From NCBI GenBank assembly GCA_029785215.1, contig JAFMAB010000003.1, positions 9,430 through 73,429 of the forward strand: a stretch of DNA of 64,000 nucleotides, in the 5' to 3' direction. Position numbers and translations under genes: made by a program. The notes beneath the pieces are model-generated. The model was given only the letters and a program-made list of their open reading frames with translations. It searched no databases and was not told the DNA's origin. This document shows, piece after piece, positions 27,846 through 36,932 of this stretch (positions are counted from its first letter, which is position 1; every line of letters begins with the position of its first letter). This DNA is from Nitrososphaerota archaeon. GTDB lineage: Archaea; Thermoproteota; Nitrososphaeria; Nitrososphaerales; Gagatemarchaeaceae.

Positions 27846-29006
27846 GTGACCAGGGTCGCCGTGGTCGGCATCGGCCACAGCAGGTTCGGAAGGCGGACTG
27901 ACGTCAACATAGGAGAACTCGCCTTCGAGTCTATCAAGCAGGCTATTGATGACGCCGGCGTCGAGCGTAGGGACATAGGCAATGTCGTGGTGGGGAGCGC
28001 CGGGGGCTGGTACGAGGAGTCTCTCCCCGCCGTCGTGGTCGGAGAATACGCAGGGCTCAGCGGCGCGGGGACCATGAGGGTCGAAGCTGCCTGTGCAAGC
28101 GGGAGCGCGGCGGTCAAGGCAGCCTACAACAGCATCCTTAGCGGCGAGACCGAGGTGGCCATGGCGGTTGGGGTGGAAAAGATGACCGAGGTGGACTCGC
28201 CTACTTCGGTCGAGCTCATCGGGAGGGCCGGCTCCTATACATGGGAATTCGAGAACTACGGGATGACCTTCCCGGCCTACTACGCGCTCTACGCAGTAGC
28301 GCACATGAACCAGTTTGGCACCACCCAGGAGGACCTCGCGAGGGTGTCTGTGAAGGCGCACAGGTACGGCGCCAGCAACCCGCTTGCACACTTCCAGAAG
28401 GAGATCACGCTGGAGAAGGCAATGGGCTCACAGATGGTGGCCTGGCCGCTGAAACTCTATGACGCATGTCCTTTGTCGGACGGATCGGCCACGGTGGTCT
28501 TGGCCTCAGAAGAGGCAGCCAAGAAACTTACCGACACCCCTGTCTGGATCCGAGGGGTGGGCTATTCATCCGACACAGCGAACCTCAGCAGGAGAGGTAA
28601 CTACGTCGGGCTCCGGGCGGCCGTCGAAGCCGCTGCGAGAGCCTACGCCATGGCCAAGGTTTCGCCCGGGGACATCGACGTCGCCACGGCACACGACTGC
28701 TTCACCATAGCTGAGTTGATGGCCTACGAAGACCTAGGGTTCTGTAAGAAAGGGGAGGGAGCGAAGATGGTCCGCGAAGGCGAGACCGAACTCGGCGGGA
28801 GGATCCCTGTCAACCTGGACGGCGGGCTGAAGGCCAAGGGGCATCCCATAGGGGCCACAGGGGTCTCCATGGCTGTCGAGATTACAAAGCAGCTGAGGGG
28901 GGAAGCCGGGAGGCGCCAGGCTCAGATCAAGAAGGGACTGGGGTTGACTCACAACATCGGGGGGACGGGCCACTACGCCTACGTGACCGTCTATTCGAGG
29001 GACTGA
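27846..29006 (+). CDS. SCP-x/archaeal-type thiolase (acetyl-CoA acetyltransferase family)
   Basis: VEAACASGSAAV active-site Cys and GGLKAKGHPIGATG. Paired with a DUF35 gene. Confidence 0.8.
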   Translation: MTRVAVVGIGHSRFGRRTDVNIGELAFESIKQAIDDAGVERRDIGNVVVGSAGGWYEESLPAVVVGEYAGLSGAGTMRVEAACASGSAAVKAAYNSILSGETEVAMAVGVEKMTEVDSPTSVELIGRAGSYTWEFENYGMTFPAYYALYAVAHMNQFGTTQEDLARVSVKAHRYGASNPLAHFQKEITLEKAMGSQMVAWPLKLYDACPLSDGSATVVLASEEAAKKLTDTPVWIRGVGYSSDTANLSRRGNYVGLRAAVEAAARAYAMAKVSPGDIDVATAHDCFTIAELMAYEDLGFCKKGEGAKMVREGETELGGRIPVNLDGGLKAKGHPIGATGVSMAVEITKQLRGEAGRRQAQIKKGLGLTHNIGGTGHYAYVTVYSRD

Positions 29007-29009
29007 GGC

Positions 29010-29441
29010 ATGTCAGAAGCGCCTGCGTTGCACTCGAGGCGGCCGCTCACTCTCAGGTTCGACATCCCCATATCAAGGACCCACGAGTTTTGGGACTCCT
29101 TGCGGACCGGTAGGTTCGTCACCACCAAGTGCTCGAAGTGCGGGAACGTCTCCTTCCCGCCGCAGTCAGACTGTTCCAGGTGCATGGGGAGCGAGTTTCA
29201 CTGGGTCGACCTGGGTCAGGGCGCCACCCTTGTCACGTACACCCAGGTTATGACGGTCCCTGCGAGCTTCTCGGCTGAAGGCTCATACACGGTCGCCATA
29301 GCGGAGTTTCGAGGGGGGGTCAAGGTCCTCGCCTGGCTCGAGGGGGTCAGAGCGGAAGACGCAACCCCTGGCATGAAGCTTAAGGTGGAGGCGAGAACAA
29401 GGTCGGACGGAAGCCCCTACTACGTCTTCGTCCCTGCCTAG
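29010..29441 (+). CDS. DUF35 OB-fold / zinc-ribbon protein (thiolase partner)
   Basis: CSKCGNVSFPPQSDCSRC rubredoxin-like ribbon followed by an OB-fold region. Lies 3 nt after the thiolase stop. Confidence 0.8.
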   Translation: MSEAPALHSRRPLTLRFDIPISRTHEFWDSLRTGRFVTTKCSKCGNVSFPPQSDCSRCMGSEFHWVDLGQGATLVTYTQVMTVPASFSAEGSYTVAIAEFRGGVKVLAWLEGVRAEDATPGMKLKVEARTRSDGSPYYVFVPA

Positions 29442-29815
29442 AATTCTTTCGGGACGTCCCTCATGACTTCGGCGACCCTGACGAGCCTGTCCCTGTACAT
29501 AATGATCCTGGGGAGGGAGCCCTTGAACTTGAGCTGGCCTTTCAAGACAGCAGACTGGATGTCTACCTCGCCCTTGGCTACCTTGCACCACGAATCGTAG
29601 GTTCCATCGAAAGAGAACTCGGCGTTCGCGCCTGGCTCAGCCTTCTTGATCGCCGTCGTCCCATTCTCCACGGTCATCAGGTAGCTCTGGCCGGAGTCGG
29701 CGACGTTGAAGGCTATGCTCGTCTTGAACCCCTTGGTGGTCTCGGCCCACTTGGGGTCGGCCGCGAGCGTGGACTGCACCTGGGCGACGTACTCATCGCT
29801 CATGAACTTGGTCAT
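29438..29815 (-). CDS. SCP2 sterol-carrier-like lipid-binding protein
   Basis: 125 aa with an SCP2-like pattern (FNVADSGQSYLMTVENG...GQLKFKGS). Confidence 0.65.
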   Translation of the reverse strand: MTKFMSDEYVAQVQSTLAADPKWAETTKGFKTSIAFNVADSGQSYLMTVENGTTAIKKAEPGANAEFSFDGTYDSWCKVAKGEVDIQSAVLKGQLKFKGSLPRIIMYRDRLVRVAEVMRDVPKEF

Positions 29816-30093
29816 GGGGTCGCTGCCCCTCTCGCTCGCCTTTTGAGGTTACCTACTGCACCAGACGTAAGGATAGGTGTCATCTTCCTCCCCCCGACCG
29901 CACCCGTCGCGCAAGCTTCCCTCAGCCGTCGGGCTGACTCTACCGTCCCCTTGACTATGACCGCCCGGGGGTTCCCGTCCACCCCAAATACCTTCACGCC
30001 GCCGAACTCGCTCCCAAGCACCTTCGCCAGCGCCTTCATCTCTTCCTCAAGGACCGCTCCTTCGGCCATCAGGAGGAGGTATCTTTTGGGCAA
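29812..30093 (-). CDS. rnp2: RNase P protein component 2 (Pop5/Rpp14 homolog)
   Basis: PKRYLLL...GVKVFGVDGNPRAVIVKG...TSGAVGNLKRRA matches the archaeal Pop5 pattern. TTG 30093 abuts the upstream gene's stop. Confidence 0.6.
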   Translation of the reverse strand: MPKRYLLLMAEGAVLEEEMKALAKVLGSEFGGVKVFGVDGNPRAVIVKGTVESARRLREACATGAVGGRKMTPILTSGAVGNLKRRARGAATP

Positions 30094-30094
30094 T

Positions 30095-30529
30095 CTAGGT
30101 CCCCTCCAACTCCTTCGAGTAGAACTCCAGAGCTCCTCTTTGCATGGCATAGAGCCTCGGCTTGACCTTCACTCTGATGGAGTCAGTTGTCCCGATTTCG
30201 GGGGCCCCAGAGATCAGCTTCTGCTTGTCCAGACGCAGGTACAGCGCCGAGTGCTCGTCGACGAGGGCTGCAAGCTCATCGGAGATGGCATCCCGTACCT
30301 GCGGCGGGAGCCCCGCGACGATATGCCTGAACGCCGAGGCCGCCACGTCGCCTGTCAGGTGGATCCTTATCCTGACGATCTGGTTCCCGAAGTGACCTTC
30401 GAGGACCTCCCTCTGTAGTACGGGACTACCGCCCAGAAGCCTCGCCACAGCGTCCCCGACCTTCTTCTCGTCCTCCGTGGCGTGTATCAGATATGAAACC
30501 TCGACTGACGCTATGGGGGGCTTCAACAC
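30095..30529 (-). CDS. DUF54/COG1325 RNA-binding protein (predicted exosome-associated subunit)
   Basis: VSYLIHATEDEKKV N-terminal signature, and the conserved neighbourhood with Pop5. Confidence 0.55.
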   Translation of the reverse strand: MLKPPIASVEVSYLIHATEDEKKVGDAVARLLGGSPVLQREVLEGHFGNQIVRIRIHLTGDVAASAFRHIVAGLPPQVRDAISDELAALVDEHSALYLRLDKQKLISGAPEIGTTDSIRVKVKPRLYAMQRGALEFYSKELEGT

Positions 30530-30633
30530 CTTTCCTCAGGGGATCTGTGTGTATAAGTTCGTGGACGAAAGGACCCCCTTCGGGCCGGCCTGCCGGGGTC
30601 AACATTAACTATGCGTCGGTAGCCGCTCCCGGT

Positions 30634-31155
30634 GTGCCGCGCAAGCTGACCGTGGAAGACGTGCTGTCGGACGAGCTGAAGAGGGAGATGAACCTCGACA
30701 CCGACACATTCGCGGTCCTAGACGACTGGGACTCGGTAATGAACAGCGTCTATCAGATGCCGATTGAATACGCTGGTTACACGAGGAAGGTGAGCGAGAT
30801 GAAGCTGCTCAAGGAGATGATAGACACCCTGGCGGCGGCTGACTTCGACCAGGTGAAGCGGAGCGAGAGCAGGAAGAAGCAGTTGGCCCAGTTCACCAAG
30901 ACCCTAAGCATGTATTACAACGTCGTGTTCACTAAAGGGGAAAAGAAGACAGGCTACGGGGCCCTGATCCACTTTCCTAGGCTAAAGTCCGACCCGGACA
31001 GGAGCGGAGGGATCGTGCTTGCGGCCAAGATCGTATTCGAGGGGGGGAAGCACGCGGTCACCTTCGAGAGGGCCAAGTTCGAGGACTTCCTGGTCGAGGT
31101 CAAACCCTACGTCAACCTTCTAGGCGACCTCTACCGCCAGACGCGAAGGATGTAA
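30634..31155 (+). CDS. Hypothetical protein, 6 nt upstream of kae1
   Basis: GTG 30634 is preferred, with an A/T box (aacattaact) about 25-30 nt upstream. No recognisable motif. Confidence 0.4.
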   Translation: MPRKLTVEDVLSDELKREMNLDTDTFAVLDDWDSVMNSVYQMPIEYAGYTRKVSEMKLLKEMIDTLAAADFDQVKRSESRKKQLAQFTKTLSMYYNVVFTKGEKKTGYGALIHFPRLKSDPDRSGGIVLAAKIVFEGGKHAVTFERAKFEDFLVEVKPYVNLLGDLYRQTRRM

Positions 31156-31161
31156 CCAGGG

Positions 31162-32154
31162 ATGAAGAGCATAGTCATCGGCGTGGAGAGCACAGCACAC
31201 ACGTTCTCAGCGTCCGTGGTCTCTTCCGACGGCGAGATACTCTCGAACCCGAAGTCGGTCTATAAGGCGCCTCCGGGGGGTGGGATTCATCCATTCGAGG
31301 CCTCCCAGAACCACCTTGCCGCGGCGCCTTCGGTCCTATCTGAGGCGCTCCGTTCCTCAGGGGCGGGGCTTAGCGACCTCTCCGCGGTCGCCTACGCCAT
31401 GGGCCCCGGACTCGGCCCCTGCCTGCGCGTCGGAGCCGTCGCCGCCAGGACCTTGGCCGCTTCCATTGGAGTCCCTCTCGTCCCTGTCAACCACGCCGTC
31501 GGGCACATAGAGCTCGGGTGCCTTCTGACAGGGGCCAAGGACCCGGTGGTCCTCCTCGTCTCCGGGGGGCATACAATGATCATCGCCTACTCTGGACTGA
31601 GATGGCGGATCCTTGGGGAGTCGCTGGATCTAACTCTCGGGCAGCTCCTCGACCAGTTCGGGAGGCACCACGGCCTGGCATCCCCCTGCGGGCGTGCCAT
31701 CGAAGAATCGGCGTCCAGGTCCAACAACTATCTCAGGCTCCCGTACTCGGTGAAGGGGAACGACGTCTCATTCTCAGGGCTCCTGACCACGTCGAAGTCC
31801 CTCCTCGACGCTGGGGCCTCATTCGAGGACGTGGCGTACTCTCTTCAAGAGACCTCGTTTTCGATGGTGGCCGAGGTCACCGAGAGGGCACTTGCGTTCA
31901 CGGGGAAGAAAGAGGTCATGATAGTGGGGGGCGTGGCTGCGAACAAGCGCCTGTCGCAGATGATGTCTGCCATGGCTGAGAGGCACGCGGCGAAGGTCCT
32001 GGCGGTCCCTCTAGAATACAGCGGTGACTGCGGCGCTCAGATAGCTTGGACCGGGGTCCTCGCCCATGGGAGCGGTATCGAGGTCCCGGTGGCCGAGTCG
32101 ACGGTCAGGCAGTCGTGGAGGCTCGATGTAGTTGACATCCCCTGGCGAGGCTGA
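31162..32154 (+). CDS. kae1: tRNA N6-adenosine threonylcarbamoyltransferase Kae1
   Basis: GVESTAHTFS, NHAVGHIE metal site, GGVAAN. Confidence 0.9.
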   Translation: MKSIVIGVESTAHTFSASVVSSDGEILSNPKSVYKAPPGGGIHPFEASQNHLAAAPSVLSEALRSSGAGLSDLSAVAYAMGPGLGPCLRVGAVAARTLAASIGVPLVPVNHAVGHIELGCLLTGAKDPVVLLVSGGHTMIIAYSGLRWRILGESLDLTLGQLLDQFGRHHGLASPCGRAIEESASRSNNYLRLPYSVKGNDVSFSGLLTTSKSLLDAGASFEDVAYSLQETSFSMVAEVTERALAFTGKKEVMIVGGVAANKRLSQMMSAMAERHAAKVLAVPLEYSGDCGAQIAWTGVLAHGSGIEVPVAESTVRQSWRLDVVDIPWRG

Positions 32155-32797
32155 AGGGGTCCCAGGCCGTCTCCTCTACAGGGGGGCCGAGGCGGATGTG
32201 GTGCTTGGCGACTGGCAGGGCCTCCCGGCCGTGTTCAAAGTCAGAAAGCCGCTGGCCTACAGGCTGGCATCCCTCGACCAGGAGATCCGGCGTCAGAGGA
32301 CGGTTCACGAGGCTGAGATGATATGCCATGCGAAGCGGGCCGGGGTCACGACCCCCTTCCTCTACCACCTCGACCTCCAGGCGTCCACCATGGTCATGGA
32401 GTACATCGGCGGGGAGATGCTCAGGGACCTGGCGAGTCACATGGCGGAGAAGGAAGTGGAGGGTCCGTTCTTCAAGTTCGGGGAAGGGGTCGCCCGCCTC
32501 CACGCGGCGGGGATGATGCACGGGGACCTCACCACGGCCAACGTTGTTTCCAGGGAGGAGTCCCTCGTCTTCCTGGATTTCGGCCTGGCCCATCGCACCA
32601 GCAGGCTGGAGGACTACGCCGTGGATCTCCGTCTGATCAAAGAGACGCTCGTAGGTGCCCATCCAGGGATATCCAGGGCAGCCCTGGACGCATTCTTCAG
32701 AGGTTACGAGGCCAAGGCCGGAACTCCAAGGTTCCGGAGGGTCCACAGCCAGCTCCGGAACATCGAGCGGAGGGGGAGGTACGCCCGAGTCGCATGA
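32132..32797 (+). CDS. bud32: KEOPS kinase/ATPase Bud32
   Basis: LYRGAEADV...VFKVRKPLAYR and HGDLTTANV catalytic-loop motifs. Overlaps kae1 by 23 nt. Confidence 0.8.
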   Translation: MTSPGEAEGVPGRLLYRGAEADVVLGDWQGLPAVFKVRKPLAYRLASLDQEIRRQRTVHEAEMICHAKRAGVTTPFLYHLDLQASTMVMEYIGGEMLRDLASHMAEKEVEGPFFKFGEGVARLHAAGMMHGDLTTANVVSREESLVFLDFGLAHRTSRLEDYAVDLRLIKETLVGAHPGISRAALDAFFRGYEAKAGTPRFRRVHSQLRNIERRGRYARVA

Positions 32798-32815
32798 GAC
32801 GAGGACATGGCGGGC

Positions 32816-32825
32816 AACGTTTATC
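32816..32825 (+). promoter_or_regulatory. BRE/TATA-like box AACGTTTATC upstream of rps15
   Basis: Lies 37-46 nt upstream of ATG 32862. Confidence 0.4.
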
Positions 32826-32861
32826 AGTCAAACCCGGAGGACTCACTTGAACTTCTGAATC

Positions 32862-33311
32862 ATGGCCCGAATCCATTCTCACAGGCACGGCAAGTCCCAC
32901 CAGACCAGGCCCCCTAGCAGGAGCAATCCGAGCTGGGTGACCAGCACCCCTGACGAGGCAAAGAACGTTGTCCTCAAGCTCGCCAAGGAAGGGCTCACCC
33001 CGAGCAAGATAGGACAGACGCTCAGGGACGACTACGGTGTCCCGCTGTTCAAGCCCCTGGCGGGGAAGTCGATCGGGAGGGTCTTGGCAGAAGGCAAACT
33101 CGCGCCGAAGATGCCCCAGGACCTGCAGGACTTGATTGAAAGGGCCCAACGGGTTCAGAAGCATCTTGACGTGCACGGCAGCGACAGGAAGAACGTGCAT
33201 TCTCTTGAGCTCATCGAGGCAAAGATATACCGGCTTTCAAAATACTACAAAGACAAAGGTGCCATTTCGAAGGACTTCAAGTACGCCGCCGTCGTCGCAC
33301 AGCTGGCCTAA
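32862..33311 (+). CDS. rps15: 30S ribosomal protein S15 (uS15)
   Basis: MARIHSHRHGKSHQTRP N-terminus and the HLDVHGSDRKN...RLSKYY pattern. Confidence 0.9.
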   Translation: MARIHSHRHGKSHQTRPPSRSNPSWVTSTPDEAKNVVLKLAKEGLTPSKIGQTLRDDYGVPLFKPLAGKSIGRVLAEGKLAPKMPQDLQDLIERAQRVQKHLDVHGSDRKNVHSLELIEAKIYRLSKYYKDKGAISKDFKYAAVVAQLA

Positions 33312-33326
33312 AACAGGGGCGGGCCC

Positions 33327-34733
33327 GTGGCCGACATCGAAGGGCTCACCACGCGATACAGGGCCCTGGCTCCGAACATCCTGAAGATGGCCACCGACGG
33401 GAAGAGGATCCTCGTGGTGACGCACATAGACGCGGACGGCTTATGCAGTGGGTCGGCCGTGTTCGCGTCGCTCAAGCGTAAGGGCGCCAACGTCGCCCTA
33501 CGCACCGTCCCCGACCTCGACGCCAAGACCATCGGGTCACTGAAGGGACTGGGATACGAGTTCCACATTTTCACCGACCTGGGGTCAACCCTGGTCACGG
33601 AGCTCGAGGGGACTTTCGGGAAAGACTTCCTAGTCATGGACCACCATCAGATCTCAGAGGCTGACATAAGAAGCCCAAACGTTGTCAACGCCTGGGCTTA
33701 CGGCTTCGACGGGGGGAAGGACGCGTGCTCCTCGGCTATTGCTTACCTCTTCGCTGTAACCCTCGACTGGGCCAACGCGGACCTCTCGCCTCTAGCCGTG
33801 GTGGGGGCCGTAGCAGACCGCCAAGATGCGGGACCTGGGAGGTCGCTGACGGGGCTCAACAGGGTAGCGCTTGCGGATGCTCAGTCGCGCGGGCTGATGT
33901 CCGTGACCACCGACTTGATGTTCACCGGGCGAGAGACTAGGCCGATCCACGAGGCGGTGGCCCTGACTTCCACGCCTCTCCTGAAGGGGCTGACAGGGAG
34001 CAAGGACGCGGTCCTCGCTTTGCTGCACCAGTCCGGGCTCCCTCTGAAGGATGGCGGGTCTTGGCGCACCGTCTCATCCCTCTCCAAGGGAGAGAAGGAG
34101 AGCCTCGTCGAAACCCTCGCGGCAGCCCTGGGCTCCCAGGAAGGCGCAAGCGACGCGCTGGCGGGTATCTTTGGGGAGGTGTACACGCTGCGGTTCGAGG
34201 ACGCCTTCACGCCGCTGAGGGATGCGAGGGAGTTCGGGACGCTCCTGAACTCCTGCGGGAGGATGGGCGTTCCGGGGATAGGAATCGCGATCTGCCTAGG
34301 AGACAGGTCCCACGCCCTGAGCGCCGCCATGAAGTCCTTGTCAGAGTACCGGGGAGGGATAAACAAGGCACTGAGCGGCCTCGCCTCGGAACCGTCGAGG
34401 ATGGAGCGGCACGGCAGCGTCGTCTTCGTGAACGGGGAAGGGCTGGTAGACGAAAAGCTGTTGGGCCCAGTGATCTCCATACTCACCTCCACCCCCGAGT
34501 TCAGAGACAAAGTGGTGGTGGGGAGGGCGACGGGGCGGGACGCGGAGGTCAAGATATCCTCGAGGGTAGGGGACGCCTTCGCGGGGGAAGTGAACCTGGG
34601 CCTGGTGATGAAGGAAGCGGCGGAAGCCGTGGAGGGGGTCGGGGGAGGGCATGAGATGGCCGCGGGCGCCAAGATACCTTCATCAAGGACGGAGACCTTC
34701 TCTAGGGCTGTGCTGGCGAGAGTTGCTGGTTGA
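33327..34733 (+). CDS. RecJ-like DHH/DHHA1 phosphoesterase (archaeal RecJ/GAN family)
   Basis: VVTHIDADGLCSG (DHH motifs I-II), VMDHHQI, and a C-terminal GGGHEMAAGA DHHA1 motif. Confidence 0.8.
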   Translation: MADIEGLTTRYRALAPNILKMATDGKRILVVTHIDADGLCSGSAVFASLKRKGANVALRTVPDLDAKTIGSLKGLGYEFHIFTDLGSTLVTELEGTFGKDFLVMDHHQISEADIRSPNVVNAWAYGFDGGKDACSSAIAYLFAVTLDWANADLSPLAVVGAVADRQDAGPGRSLTGLNRVALADAQSRGLMSVTTDLMFTGRETRPIHEAVALTSTPLLKGLTGSKDAVLALLHQSGLPLKDGGSWRTVSSLSKGEKESLVETLAAALGSQEGASDALAGIFGEVYTLRFEDAFTPLRDAREFGTLLNSCGRMGVPGIGIAICLGDRSHALSAAMKSLSEYRGGINKALSGLASEPSRMERHGSVVFVNGEGLVDEKLLGPVISILTSTPEFRDKVVVGRATGRDAEVKISSRVGDAFAGEVNLGLVMKEAAEAVEGVGGGHEMAAGAKIPSSRTETFSRAVLARVAG

Positions 34734-34984
34734 GGACCCGAGTAGAGCTGCGGATCGGCTGCAGGGACGGCTCGACAGTAAAGTGCTTGGCGTCGGTCCT
34801 CGCGCCTGACAACGAGGGCGCGCCGAGGGGGATGAAGCTGGCTTCGGCGGTGGAGGCGGACCACCTGACGTTCACGGTCGAATCCGACTCCGCCTCCAGC
34901 TCTCTATCGACCGCCCTGGCAGTCCTGAGAGACGCGACGCTCTTCCAGGAGATATGGCTTTTATCGCGACCGAGGCGGGGTTGA
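34730..34984 (+). CDS. pcc1: KEOPS subunit Pcc1-like protein
   Basis: 84 aa whose alternating-strand pattern resembles Pcc1/CTAG (VELRIGC...LAPDNEG...LTFTVESDS...LRDATLFQE). 4-nt overlap with the recJ-like stop. Confidence 0.5.
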   Translation: MRTRVELRIGCRDGSTVKCLASVLAPDNEGAPRGMKLASAVEADHLTFTVESDSASSSLSTALAVLRDATLFQEIWLLSRPRRG

Positions 34985-34993
34985 GGCAACCCG

Positions 34994-36274
34994 ATGCTAG
35001 ACGTAAAGCTACTGAGGGAGGATCCAGAAGTGATCAGAGCAGATCTCAGGAAGAGAGGGATGCTCGACAAGCTGCACCTCGTGGACCACGCCATCAAGGC
35101 GGACTCCGCGTGGAGGACGGCCAAGACCCGGGCGGAAGTCCTGCGCCACGAGCTAAATGAGGCCAACAGGGTCATCGCCGACCTGGCCCGGAAGAAGCAG
35201 CCCATAGAGGCTGAGCAGTCGAAGGTCGCTGAACTCTCAAAGCGCCTCGACGGTCTCGCGAAGGCCCAGGACGAAGAGCAGCGGACCCTGGAGAGCACCC
35301 TGATGTCATTCCCGAACATCCTTCACGAGAGCGTGCCGGTAGGGAAGGACGACACAGAGAACGTGACCGTCCGGACCTGGGGGACGGAGCAGAAGTTTGA
35401 GTTCGAACCGAAGGACCACGTCGAAGTCCTCGCCAACCTGGGGATGGTCGACATGGAGCGCGCTGCCAAGATCTCTGGTTCCCGGTTCTTCTTCCTCAAG
35501 GGGGAGGCGGTGAAGCTCGAGCATGCCATCATGAGGTATGCCATCGACGCCGTCTCAGCAAAGGGGTTCATCCCGGTGGAGCCTCCGTTCATGATGAGGC
35601 GGCAGCCCTACGGCGGGGTGACGGACATGAACGACTTCGGGCCGGTCATCTACAAGGTGGAGGAGGAGGATCTGTACATGATTGCGACTTCGGAGCACCC
35701 TCTGGTGGCCATGCACTCAGACGAGATACTGTCCGGGAGGGAGCTCCCGCTGAAGTACTGCGGCTTCTCGCCCTGTTTCAGGGTCGAGGCCGGCGCCCAC
35801 GGAAAGGACACCAAAGGGATCTTCAGGACCCACCAGTTCTACAAGGTCGAGCAGGTCGCCTTTGCCCGCCCGGAGGACAGCTGGGTCCTCCATGAGCAGC
35901 TGATAGCGAACGCCGAGGGGATATTCAGGGGCCTGGGGCTCCGCTATAGGGTGGTCAACGTCTGCACCGGGGACATGGGGACGGTGGCCGCGAAGAAGTA
36001 CGACCTCGAAGCTTGGATGCCCGTCCAGGGTAGGTTCAGGGAGATGGTGTCGTGCAGCAACTGCACCGACTACCAGTCTAGGCGGCTGAAGATAAGGTTC
36101 CGGGACAAGCAGAACGACACGACCAGGTTGGTCCACACCCTGAACTCCACCGCCGTCACCACCAGGGCCCTGGTAGCCATCGTCGAGAACTTCCAGCAGA
36201 AGGATGGCACTGTGACAATCCCGGAGCCCGTTGTCCCCTACATGGGAGGGGTCGACCGCCTCCAGCGACGCTGA
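34994..36274 (+). CDS. serS: Seryl-tRNA synthetase
   Basis: MLDVKLLRE N-terminal coiled coil and class II motifs (FRVEAGAHGKDTKGIFRTHQF, GRFREMVSCSNCTDYQSRR). Confidence 0.9.
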   Translation: MLDVKLLREDPEVIRADLRKRGMLDKLHLVDHAIKADSAWRTAKTRAEVLRHELNEANRVIADLARKKQPIEAEQSKVAELSKRLDGLAKAQDEEQRTLESTLMSFPNILHESVPVGKDDTENVTVRTWGTEQKFEFEPKDHVEVLANLGMVDMERAAKISGSRFFFLKGEAVKLEHAIMRYAIDAVSAKGFIPVEPPFMMRRQPYGGVTDMNDFGPVIYKVEEEDLYMIATSEHPLVAMHSDEILSGRELPLKYCGFSPCFRVEAGAHGKDTKGIFRTHQFYKVEQVAFARPEDSWVLHEQLIANAEGIFRGLGLRYRVVNVCTGDMGTVAAKKYDLEAWMPVQGRFREMVSCSNCTDYQSRRLKIRFRDKQNDTTRLVHTLNSTAVTTRALVAIVENFQQKDGTVTIPEPVVPYMGGVDRLQRR

Positions 36275-36283
36275 CATTATAAG
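36274..36283 (+). promoter_or_regulatory. TATA-like box ACATTATAAG upstream of rps3ae
   Basis: Sits at the stop codon (36272-36274) and immediately downstream of serS, 26-35 nt upstream of TTG 36309. Confidence 0.4.
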
Positions 36284-36308
36284 CGAGATTCGAAAGGGGC
36301 GCTTTGGT

Positions 36309-36932
36309 TTGCCTAAGAAGGTGGCGAAGGTCAGGGACAAATGGAAGCTGAAGTCCTGGGTCACTGTAACAGCGTCCCCCTCATTCGGGAACGCCCCGAT
36401 AGCACGCGTCCCTCTCACAGACGTCGAGAAGCCCGCCGGCAGGGTCATAGAGACTACCCTCTACGACATACTGAAGCAGGACCCTCAGCACTACGCTTTC
36501 AAGCTCTTCTTCCAGATCGACAGAGTCGAAGGCGAGACCGCCTACACAGTGTTCAAGGGGCACGAATATTCGAGGGAGTTCCTCAGGAGCCTGATACGAA
36601 GAGGCTCATCCATGTCTGACTTCATCAAGGACTACGCCACCAAGGACGGATATGTCGTCAGGGTCTACTGCACGGCGCTCTCCCAGGGCAAGATGAACAC
36701 CTCGAAGAAGCGCGACCTAAGGCTGATCATGGACAAAGTGATAGGCGAGAAGGCCGCAGGCATGAACTACGAAGGGTTCGTCCAGGAGCTGGTGCTCCAG
36801 AAAGTAGCGTCGGACGTCTACAACGAGGCCAAGAAGATCACCCACCTGAGGCATGTAGGGGTTAGGAAGAGCAAACTTATCGCGAAGCCGGAGCCGCGGA
36901 AGGTCGAGCAGCTAGCCCCTCTTGCCGCTTGA
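36309..36932 (+). CDS. rps3ae: 30S ribosomal protein S3Ae (eS1)
   Basis: KKVAKVRDKWKLKSWVTV signature. TTG 36309 lies 26-35 nt downstream of the A/T box at 36274-36283. Confidence 0.85.
   Translation: MPKKVAKVRDKWKLKSWVTVTASPSFGNAPIARVPLTDVEKPAGRVIETTLYDILKQDPQHYAFKLFFQIDRVEGETAYTVFKGHEYSREFLRSLIRRGSSMSDFIKDYATKDGYVVRVYCTALSQGKMNTSKKRDLRLIMDKVIGEKAAGMNYEGFVQELVLQKVASDVYNEAKKITHLRHVGVRKSKLIAKPEPRKVEQLAPLAA

Noticed and set aside
27393-28391. Long antisense or shadow ORFs: 27393-28391 (-) 332 aa, 33881-34864 (-) 327 aa, 60770-61855 (+) 361 aa, 25720-26604 (+) 294 aa, 3614-4390 (-) 258 aa, 38353-39063 (-) 236 aa and many shorter ones.
   Set aside because: Each lies entirely opposite or out of frame within a gene that has strong family motifs. 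Their products are low-complexity Arg/Pro/Ser/Gly-rich, and stop-poor alternative frames are expected in GC-rich DNA.
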